DNA from: the human T2T-CHM13v2.0 reference genome, Homo sapiens
Assembly (NCBI RefSeq): GCF_009914755.1
Contig: NC_060928.1
DNA: 64,000 nt
Direction: 5' to 3' (one strand)
The notes below the pieces were generated by a model that was given only the letters and a program-made list of their open reading frames with translations, had not been told where the DNA came from and did no database searches. How positions within the stretch are numbered: position 1 is the first letter of the stretch; every line of letters starts with the position of its first letter. Shown one piece after another: positions 29,861 to 39,902 of the stretch. The position numbers were made by a program, and so were the translations under genes.

Positions 29861-31440
29861 CTCAAATTCAAGGCAGTTTCCTTTCTCTCTGCTTTGTTCT
29901 TACTGTTGGTCTTCATCCCTGGTATAATTGCTGCATGATGGCTGACCTTCTTGGTCAGTTTTTGGCTCCTTTCTATCGCCAATAAAACCAGACTCCCTGA
30001 CCTATCATCTTTTGCTTAATTGGAAGGGTTTTTCACTTCTGGCTATTAAGCACAGCTAACATCCAGGACTCCACCCCAGAGACGTCATTCATGCCATTCT
30101 CCAGGGGCTATCAGAAAAGTAGAGAGCTGTGGAGGGCTGTAAAGTTGAAGTGCCTGGTTTCATCCAAAGCAACATTTTTCTTTACCTGCTTTGTGTGGAT
30201 CAGTTGGTAAAATGAGGAGCACATGTTGCTGTTAAAATAGAATAAATACCTGGGATAGCTTATTATCACAAGGTAAAACAGCAAAATATAAATCTATCTG
30301 TTCAGTTTTCCATTGTGAAATAATCACGTCACCATATAATCCTTGGAAATTAAAACTAAGACTCTTAATTATCCTTTCACTGTCTTGGGTTTTCTTTCCT
30401 TTCTTGTCCAACATTAACTGCTTCTGCAATTGTGATAAAGCAATGATCGCTATCAAAAGGTCCTTCAGCTAGCCCTGAAAATAATTTCCTAGGAACCCCT
30501 GCTTTTTGCTAGGAATCATGTAAACCTTCTTAACCTCATCATTTTTATGGTATTTTGTTTTGTTTTGTTTACCCTTAGGGGATATTAAATTTTTATGTGG
30601 CTAAACTTCTCTGTACATAGGCCAAAGTAATGTTTTGCAACAAATAGAATGATTTAAAAGCATTTTGATTTCACGGGAAGGCTGTTAATGTACACTGAAA
30701 ATTGTGTGGCAGCAAAATGAGATACTCTCAGCCGCACAGTTTATCTAGGGGCACCTGTATAAAACAGGCCTCATTTAGCATTAAATCTCATTTTATGTGA
30801 TCAGGGTTTATCTTTAAATGGGCCACTCAGGATTCATGCTATAAGACTTTTTTACTGAGTTTCAAGAGAAGGTCCTTCCACCCTTCACCCATACCCTTAT
30901 AATGCAATTTATCATAAAATTTGCCTAGATTTTGGCCAAATTAGCACTGTATATGTCATGTGCATCTGGTATATATTTATTAAATAAAAACAACAAAAAA
31001 TATATAAAAATACTTTGGAAAATTGTAAAATAATATGTTATTAATGTTATCAAGTGATTTGCCTGATTTCCTCTAAACATGTTAGGAACTCACTATTTAG
31101 AGATGTCAAATTACTTCACATGAATAATCAGGGATAGGCTTAGGATCACAAAGTGCATGAAAGTTCATATTGTAGGTCATTCATAGCATTTTCAAATGTA
31201 ACAGTACTTAGAAAGGAGTGTCTGTGTGTGCATGTGTAGCTATATAAAGTACAAAAATATGAGAGATGTGGAAACTATTCCTATTGCGTGTATACAATAA
31301 TTTCTTTCTGAGAACTCAAGGTGCATGGCACATAATGTTATGTTTTAGGGAAAATCTACCGGGAGAATCTGATCCCTTTTACTTCTTTCATTTTAAAGTT
31401 TCTCAATTTTATTGATGTCTTCTTTGAGATTACTACTTGA

Positions 31441-31827
<387 letters not shown>

Positions 31828-32338
31828 TAGAAAAAACAATTAGCAGGTGGGGAAAGCTTTCTAAGATTCATATGTCTATTACTGATGTTAACATTAGAAT
31901 GTCAACTTATTTTTGTTCTTTGTCGCTGGTGATGTTTCAATACCTTCTAAGTGGATTTTCAGTATGACAGAAGAAAATATTATAGGCACTGACTCTAGGT
32001 TTAACTTCCGGGCATGTGCAGATAGGCCAAGTAAATGCTCCAGAGGCAACAATAACCTGACATGTGTTTCTCAGTTTTGGACGAAGTTTTTCATCTGGCG
32101 AAAAAACTTTATTCCCTGGCATTTTTCCTTTTCTGAGAAAAATCTCAAGTAAAATATAAAGCAGTAGAAAGGGGACAAATGGAGTTACAAAAACAAAACA
32201 AAACAAAACAAAAAAACAGTGTAACAAGAAATTTGGGCAGGTAAGGTTCTAAAGTAGAAAGCAGAATTCATCTTGTATATCTTCTTATGGTGTCAGATAC
32301 AAGCAAATATTCAATGAAATGAAAATGATTATAAGCTT

Positions 32339-32823
32339 TGTTGTGGGCTGAACAATGGACCCTCAAGATGTCCACATCCTAATCCCCAGAACCTGTGATT
32401 GTTACCTTCTACGGCAAAAAGGACTCCGCAGGCATGATTATGTTAAGGGTTTTGACGCAGAAAGATTATCTAGGATAATCTAAGTGGGTTCAATGTGGTC
32501 AGAGTGGTCCTTATAAGAGGGAGGCAGCAGAGCAGTCACAACAGGGGATGCAATGACTGAAGCAGAGCTTGGAGTGCTAGGCTTTGAGGATGAAGGAAGG
32601 GGCCACAGGCTAAGGAATACTGGCAGCCGCTAGAAGCTACTTCAGGCAAAGAAATAAGTTCTTCTCTCTGAGCCTCTAGAAAGAGCTAGTCCTCTTGAAA
32701 CCTTAACTTTACCTAATTGAAATAGATTTGGGACTTCTGATCTCCAGAACTGTAAGAGAATACATTTGTGTTGTGTTAAGCAACTGTGGTAATTTGTTAC
32801 AGCAGCAAGAGGAAACTAATACA
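32339..32823 (+). mobile_element. MLT1D-like MaLR solo LTR
   Basis: aagatgtccacatcctaatccccagaacctgtga...gacttctgatctccagaactgtaagagaa...ggaaactaataca. Confidence 0.88.
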
Positions 32824-33591
32824 AGCCCTCTCTTCTCGAGTTAATTGATGTTCAAAGTGTTCTTGAAAAGTTAGAAATGATAAACATATGCAGTAATGAC
32901 CCTGGGTTGAGATTTATCAGACTGATTTTTGAAATTAAGGAAAATATTTTTAAGGCAAAGTGATACCTTCTGTTTTATTAATGATTTTAAAGGAATAATT
33001 TGAGGAGTATGATATTTTTACTCTGCCAGCTCAATAAATGTTATAGTTTTAAAATAAATTATAGATTGGCTTTTCTCTATCATTTTGAGTTAGAATTTTA
33101 AAAATCATTGATTTAACTGTATAAATTCACCACCTCAGAGCTTTTTGAGTGTTGACAGTAATACAGAGATGCTGAGCTACCAATAATGTCATTGTAATTT
33201 TCTTCTCTTTTTTTAGTATTGTGTTATTGTAATCATATCACTACCTCTAAAAATGAGAAAAAGTACACTGAATATTCCAGGTCACAATTTAGTCTTTGAT
33301 ATCCTTTAAAATAATTATTTAAAATCCTTTCAAGCTTTCTGAGACACCTAGCTTATTATGAAGAATTCCAAGATGTTAAAACTACTAAAATTTTTCCCCA
33401 TTTTGTAAAACATTAAGAATTTGTTGAAGATTTTTTACACTTGAACATATTGTTTAAAATATAATCTTTCTTTCCATGTGACAGCCTCACACAAACAAAG
33501 TATTTACAGAAGATGCAGGTCTGTCATTGCTGTTTAATTAACAGAGACTTTCAGAACTAGAGGATATTAAAAAAAGAACTAAAAAGAACAC

Positions 33592-33597
33592 TTTATT
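33592..33597 (-). terminator. ANTXR2: Distal polyadenylation signal AATAAA
   Basis: Plus tttatt. UGUA motifs lie upstream in the mRNA (33655, 33725, 33744) and U/GU-rich sequence downstream (UUUGUUUGUGUG near 33490). Confidence 0.7.
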
Positions 33598-33925
33598 GTG
33601 ATAATAATAATGGCTTCATTTCACATCAGAATTTCAACTAGTAAAAATTCTATTTACAGGTGTCATCTGCTAGAACTAGTCAATCTTGTTTTATATTGTG
33701 AGTTTTTCTTTCCCCAATTACTTATACAAATCAGATGGTGGAGTACATGATAAGAAGTTTAGATTTGCTTCTAATTTGGCACATGATGTAACAATTTCCT
33801 TTCTCTATCATTTATTACTTTGGAAGCTTTTGGTTTCTTTGTTTGGCATCTAAATTGTTTAAAATCACCTTGCCTTTTAGTTCATGGAGACAATGCATAT
33901 CTTTTTCATAGTCTACACCCTAGAA

Positions 33926-34449
33926 CAACCATACCCAATATTTTTGGCACCACGGACCAGTTTCGTGGAAGCCAATTTTTCCACAGACCGGGGGGTGGGG
34001 GGTGGGGATGGTTTCAGGATAATTCAAGTGGATTACATTTATTATGTACTTTATTTCTATTATTATTACATTGTTATATATAATGAAATAATTACACAAC
34101 TCACTATAATGTAGAATCAGTGGGAGCCTGAGCTTGTTTTCCTGCAACTAGATGGTCCCATCTGGGGGTGGTGGGAGACAACAACAGATCATCAGGTATT
34201 AGATTCTCATAAGAAATGCGCAACTTAGATCCCTCACACACAGTTCCAAAAGGGTTTGTGCTCCTTGAGAATCTAATGCTGCTGCTGATCTCACAGGAGA
34301 CACAGCTCAGGTGGTAATGCGAGCGACGGGGAATTGCTGTAAATACCCATGAAGTTTCACTTGCTTTCCACTCATCTCCTGCTGTGTGGCCTGGTTTCTA
34401 ACAGGCCATGGACCAGTACCAGTCCATGACCTGGGGGATGGGATCCCTG
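33926..34449 (+). mobile_element. MER1A (hAT-Charlie) full length, inside the ANTXR2 3'UTR
   Basis: tttttggcaccacggaccagtttcgtggaag...attagattctcataag...gagaatctaatgc...gggatccctg; ~524 bp; 8-bp TSD ccctagaa/ctctagaa. Confidence 0.92.
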
Positions 34450-35284
34450 CTCTAGAAGACTAGTTCTTGCCTTCTTGCCAATTATTTCTAGTCAAACTGA
34501 AACCTACTTAAATGTACATTTTAATAACTTTAACAATTTATTTTGGATCACCCACTGACATTTACAATGTTGTAAATATAATTCATCTAAGATACAAATA
34601 ACTTCATGGCAATTAGGAAACCCTATTTAGGTTCCACTTTTTAAAATTGTGAATTCTTAGATCACAGTATCCTTCTACATTAAGACAATGCAAACTTTGT
34701 GAAAGGCTAGCAATTGTAACATACTATGGATTTTAAGCTGTGTTCAAATTACTTACTTAGTAAAGTATTTTCCACTGAATACTTGCTATGGGTAGCACAG
34801 GCATAGTAACTGTCAATTAAGACTTTTTTTCCAATTTTGACTAAAAAAAGAGGAGTTTAGTAATTTTTCTTTCTGTGGTATACAAAGTATCCCAATTATT
34901 AAAACTGGGAGCATAAATATCTCCTAACAATCTCTGTGCTTCTTTATATATGTTTTTAAGACACTTGCTAACCCTATGAAACCAGAGTGAAGTACATGCA
35001 TACATTTCCCAATGTTTTACCCATCTTTTTAGAGATTTCATCAGATATAAACTGTAAGTTTCCTCTTTGACAAATTTAATTATAAGAAATTAACTAAGAA
35101 ATTATTATGGCTAATTATCAACATATACTATAGTTCAAGGTATTTTTTTTTTTTGCAACTGACAGTTTACAGAACTAATATTACCACACACTACAGACAA
35201 AGAAGCCAGTCATATTGATACAAATATGAGATACAAAAATACTAAAACCTCCAACCTAACCATATTAATAGAAATGTAGTCAGA

Positions 35285-35581
35285 GGCCTGGTGCAGTAGC
35301 TTGTGCCTGTAATCACAGCATTTGGGAGACTGAGGCAGGAGGATCACTTGAGGCCAGGTGTTTGAGACCAGTCTGAGCAACATAGCGAAACCCCATTTCT
35401 ACAAAAATACAAGAGTTAGCTGGGTGTGGTGTTATGTGCCTGTAATCCCAGCTACTCAGGAGGCTGAGGGATGAGAATCACTTGAACCCAGGAAGAGGAG
35501 GTTACAGTCAGCCCAGACCATGCCATTGAACTCCAGCCTGGGTGACAGAGTGAGACTCTGTTTCAAAAAAAAGAAAAAAAA
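35285..35581 (+). mobile_element. AluJ-like element within the 3'UTR (antisense to mRNA)
   Basis: gaggcaggaggatcacttgaggccagg...agcaacatagcgaaaccc (J-type diagnostics); degraded TSD aaatStagtcag. Confidence 0.92.
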
Positions 35582-35756
35582 TCTAGTCAGTGCTAAAAGG
35601 AACTTTTGATATCTTCATTCCATCTTCAGTCTATGGTTGAGAGTTGATCTGTTCAACATCAGCAAGCTAGTTGATGGCTGGGTCTATGGTCTAGGACCTC
35701 TCTGTTACCTGATTCCTAAGCTAAGACTCTTCATAGAAAACACATTGAGTCAATTC

Positions 35757-35765
35757 TCCCTCTGT

Positions 35766-35802
<37 letters not shown>
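35757..35802. repeat. (TC)n(CA)n compound microsatellite in the 3'UTR
   Basis: tctctctctc...tcacacacacacaca. Confidence 0.9.
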
Positions 35803-35803
<1 letters not shown>

Positions 35804-36910
35804 ATTTACCTTAATATAGTTATTGTAGAGCAATCTAAACAAGCATATTTTTATACAAATTTACATGTTGTACTGTGTACTTACTTATCAGCCTTTTCTT
35901 TTGGCAGGAGAGCACAAAAATAAAATACATTAAAAAACCAGCGCAGAACCTGCTACATTATGGATTTTCAAAAACAACAACAAAAAAGTCTTTCTTTTAT
36001 CCGATCGACTGAATTAGATTCCAGTAGGTGTGGAAATATATTAAAGTGTTCTCAGAAATATGTCATAGAAATTCACTAAGCACAATATTAATCTAACTCT
36101 AAACTAGAATATGCGTCTGCACTGACTTTATTTCCTACAAATAGACAACGTTCTCCAGCCTCACCTGCCTGTTTCTTTCCTTAACTATGTAACAGATGTA
36201 CCAAGAGTTATTCTATGTTTCTAGATTATGTATTTCCTTTCATATTGAAATGATGCATATATTTCTTTCCTGTGTACATATACCCACCAAACTTTTCCAG
36301 TAGTAATGAAACTCTCAAAAACTTTCTAAAGTAATGTGATGCTAGAAAATGCTAGTAAAAGCTAACCAATATACAATATATGCATGGAGTAGGAAGTTAT
36401 AATTCCTTCTACTTGTAAATGTGACCTAATTACATTCTGCCTTCTTAAATTTCAAAAATAACATATATAAGCTGGTCTATCAAAATGTTTTAAACACCTA
36501 ATTATCCACAATATAGAATTTGTTTCAACTTTAAACTAAACAAATGTATCTGCCTCTGAGCAGTAAACAATGGTTAGTGATATTTAGATAATAAAGTTAA
36601 CTTCACAGAAACACCCAAATCTTGTATCTAGTAAGGATTTATTATAACAAATATTGAATAATTTATTATTTAAATGGTTAGAATAAAGTTCAAGGGAAAT
36701 ATAAGCAAACTACTTCTTTCTCTAACAATCTGAAATACATGGGGGTTTAAACCTTCTATATTTTTGTCAAAATAGTAATTAACCATAGATGACAGATGCT
36801 GCTCCCTAGTCAATGGAGGGTCTCAAATTTTACTCTGCATCTCATTGGGAAGGAAATATAAATTTTTAAAATAGAATTAACTTAGGGAAAGGCATCAGTG
36901 CTGCAACTCT

Positions 36911-36940
36911 TAGCACCAAATGTTTTTTCTTGGAGCACCA
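36911..36940 (-). promoter_or_regulatory. Twin miR-29 seed sites (8mer + 7mer-m8)
   Basis: Plus tagcacca 36911-36918 and agcacca 36934-36940. Confidence 0.55.
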
Positions 36941-37999
36941 AATGCTCTAAGGAAAACATTCCAAGTATCAAAGTTTTCAGATAGATAAATATTTATGGAT
37001 CAAATCCATAAAGAACAGACATTGTTATGAAATATATATAGATGCCTTCAAAACTTTCTTTCTAGGCAGAGTAGACACATAAGTTAGGAGTCATTTCCCA
37101 CTTAATTGTTTTTGCAACCTTATGCAACACGAATGGATTATGTGCAAGACTTATTCATTTTTACACAGAAAGTAGATCTTGACTGACATGGTGTCCAGAA
37201 AATCAAACAGAAGCTATTTCTCTATATAAAATATAAAGTGCCATTAAATTTATAGAAATGGCTTCATTTTAATCTTTTTTTGGTGGAAAAGTATAGGGAT
37301 TTTTGATCTGGTCTTTTGGTAAGAAAATAACACTCTTCAAAACAAATTCTTTTCAACTGCTAGTTAGTATAATTGGAGAAAAGCATAAAACAGATCTGGT
37401 TCATATCTTTAAGGGCAATGAAATTCCATCAGTCTTTGAACTTTATTAATGATATTTTTTCAGTCTACATATAGACCACTGCCACTTCCTCTTCATTAAG
37501 AGCTCTTCATAGTAGCTGTATAACAATCTACAGAAAGTTATTTTTCCATTTAAAGGCAGAGGTTAATTTTCATTGTTCATGCAGCAAAATGTAAGTATGC
37601 TACATAATTCTAGAGAAATTTGAAGTAGTTACCAAAGAAACATAGCCTTAGCTTCTGTAGTATTCTCAATGATATTAAAATAGCAATAATTGGTGTGCAC
37701 TCATCAGAAATGAAGTGCCCATTTAAGGAAGCCACATTAGGTCTTGTTCCAGATGCAAATGCAGAACAAAGGGATACAATAACTCATTGCAGAAAGGGTT
37801 GGGTATACTATATCAGGCTTCCAAGTTACACTTGCATATGCAGCTACTGCCAATAGTATCATCTGTGAACATGAGGGACATTTTGGAACTGAATAGAATT
37901 CCATCCCTGAAACTAAGCATAACAACTGCATATTCAACCCAAGAAGGCATTAGCTTTATGTGGGCTTAAAGAAATGGTAGCACAGGCATAGGTAAAATT

Positions 38000-38005
38000 T
38001 TTATT
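38000..38005 (-). terminator. ANTXR2: Candidate intermediate poly(A) signal AATAAA (~1.85 kb after stop)
   Basis: Plus tttatt; U-rich downstream on minus strand. Usage inferred. Confidence 0.45.
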
Positions 38006-39288
38006 TATGAATGTGTGGACACATGACTTTGGATCCAGCCAGCCAGTGACATAAATAAACTTGAGCAAAAGTTTCAAGCTAGAGGATATATATGTATAGA
38101 AAATTATATATTTGTGTGTGTGTGTAAGGCCTCTTGGAACAGTGCCACAAACCTGGACACCAACCAACAGAATACTCCCGTCCTTTGAAATTTCCATTAA
38201 GAGCACAATGGGGGTAATTATACCAGGATGCTCCAATCGCTCTTTCCATCTTGTGCACTCACATGCCCGCCAAACATGAAATGTTCGCCTTCTCCCTTCC
38301 AATGTGATGGTTGTTGAACTTATTTTTAGTGTCATTTGATAAGCCTTTGTGCTCACAGAGAGACATCCCACTGACCCAGCCACTGGTCATTGTCTATACC
38401 AGTTCACATCAAAGCAGGCGCACTTTGTCAGGTTTCCACTCGAATATCCATTTCGCATCTGAAGTACAGTATCGAAAGTGACTAGATCATTTGAGCTTTT
38501 TTCTTCAGCTGCTGCCTTCCTCCCCCACGGTGTTTCTGCTCACGCTAACATAATTTGGCATCGTCGACGTGACACGATGGTGGTTTTTCTAAAAAATTAT
38601 AATACATACATCGTCAATGTTTTGTGATAGCGACCCTCCAGAAGATTTAATTTGTAAATTGAAGAAAGGTGGTCTTTTTCCTCTACTGAATCATAACCAA
38701 GGTAGAGTGCCCCTCAAAATCCAAGTAATGCGCATACAGTAATAGGTCATTCAATGTCAAAAGGCATAAAAAAGATGAGCAAAATCTTCACAGGCTGCTG
38801 CTTGCTGTTGCTTTTAATTATATTAATTAAACTTTGAAATTTTAATGCAAAGAGAGTTGCTGGCTTGTGACGCTGAAGAGCCCTTGGAGACTTGAAGAAA
38901 GAAAAAACCCTGAGCGGAAGCTTTGTGGTTACTGCTTCCTTTAAATTAAAAGCAAAACAAACTTCTAGGTATGTTTATGGATATTAATGCTTTATGCACT
39001 ACTAAATCCTAAACACAGGAAAAGGGGGAATCTACTAGTCACAGGGACAAGTTCGCAAAAAATGAGTCCCTTGCACTACACTCAAGATCTCTGGCTAGAG
39101 GCCTTCTGTGGAATAACGCTCTATTAATTTTCTTGTCCCGAGTGCATAATGAAAGAAAGGTGTCTTCGAAAACTAAAGGGCAAAATCTTGCTTGCTACCA
39201 ATACCTTGAGGCATCTTGTCTACATTTTGTCATGCGTGTGCACTTTTCAGTGTTAGAATGACAAGATTTTCCAGTCAGAAACTTCCCA

Positions 39289-39348
39289 TAAGGCACACTG
39301 TGATAGAGCACTTGGAAGGATTCTGTGATCTGACATAGCTATAAGGCA
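39289..39348 (-). promoter_or_regulatory. miR-124-3p seed sites (8mer GUGCCUUA and 7mer-A1 UGCCUUA)
   Basis: Plus taaggcac 39289-39296 and taaggca 39342-39348 equal the miR-124 5' end, so the minus-strand mRNA carries the complement. Confidence 0.65.
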
Positions 39349-39357
39349 ATGGACTTC

Positions 39358-39363
39358 TTTATT
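39358..39363 (-). terminator. ANTXR2: Candidate proximal poly(A) signal AATAAA
   Basis: Plus tttatt; canonical hexamer only, usage unproven. Confidence 0.3.
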
Positions 39364-39595
39364 TGCTTAGCCTGGTGGGAAATTTCATACTCTGCCTATG
39401 GATAAAGATCTTGCCACATAAAAACACAAGTGCCATGTTTCCATGTAAAAAACTCCTGTCTCCCATCATGGCTAGTTGTTTTGTGGTCCTTGTTTTGGTA
39501 TCATCTTCGTGTTGTTGCTGTTGTTGCTTTTTCCTCTTCTACACATTCAAACAAACTTTCTTGTACAAACCATAGTCTGCAGGTCAATGTTCCTC

Positions 39596-39601
39596 TTTAT
39601 T
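39596..39601 (-). terminator. ANTXR2: Candidate most-proximal poly(A) signal AATAAA (~245 nt after stop)
   Basis: Plus tttatt; followed on minus by GU-rich GUUUGUACAAGAAAGUUUGUUUGAAUGUGU. Confidence 0.4.
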
Positions 39602-39844
39602 TTCAATGTCATAAATCATGAGTTACCACTGAGTTTCATCACCTCCCATGTAGATGGCAGAACAAGTGTTTAGAAATGTTTGGTGCAAGCAAAGCAGAAG
39701 GCAGAGAAAACATTTCCCGACTGAGAGGAATTAAGCTGCTCTTCCAAAAGCTTCTGAAATGCACTTGATTTTTTTCATTTGGTTGAAAATCAGCTATGTG
39801 AAAATGTGCCATCTTCGTACCTTCTTGGTCTTCCTGCTTCCCTT

Positions 39845-39883
39845 TTACTGAGATGGAACTCGGGAGAAGTTTATGCACCGGCC
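39845..39883 (-). CDS. ANTXR2: ANTXR2 (CMG2) terminal coding exon portion, GRCINFSRVPSQ*
   Basis: Minus strand reads ...tttatttctttcttcag|GGC CGG TGC ATA AAC TTC TCC CGA GTT CCA TCT CAG TAA. The peptide matches my recollection of the ANTXR2 488-aa C-terminus and resembles the paralogous ANTXR1 motif GRCINFTRV. Phase-0 exon start; upstream exons lie outside the window. Confidence 0.95.
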   Translation of the reverse strand, partial: GRCINFSRVPSQ

Positions 39884-39902
39884 CTGAAGAAAGAAATAAA
39901 TC
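39884..39902 (-). promoter_or_regulatory. ANTXR2: 3' splice acceptor / polypyrimidine tract of the last ANTXR2 intron
   Basis: Plus ctgaagaaagaaataaa = minus tttatttctttcttcAG, directly before the recognised codons. Confidence 0.93.

Larger units (their letters stand above)
33563..39844 (-). other. ANTXR2: ANTXR2 long 3'UTR (distal end approximate)
   Basis: Follows the TAA; mostly unique sequence with many miRNA seed matches; ends after AATAAA at 33592-33597. The ~6.3 kb length agrees with my memory of the long ANTXR2 mRNA. The exact cleavage site is inferred. Confidence 0.75.

Noticed and set aside
37737-37937. ORF containing AMSYCIP, reminiscent of TSH beta AMSFCIP
   Set aside because: The match is limited to a few residues; there is no cystine-knot cysteine pattern and a stop follows shortly.
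37934-38383. Longest ORF in the track (149 aa, minus, inside the 3'UTR)
   Set aside because: Starts at GTG, runs through a (CA)/(TA) low-complexity stretch, and has no recognisable domain; consistent with a chance ORF in UTR.
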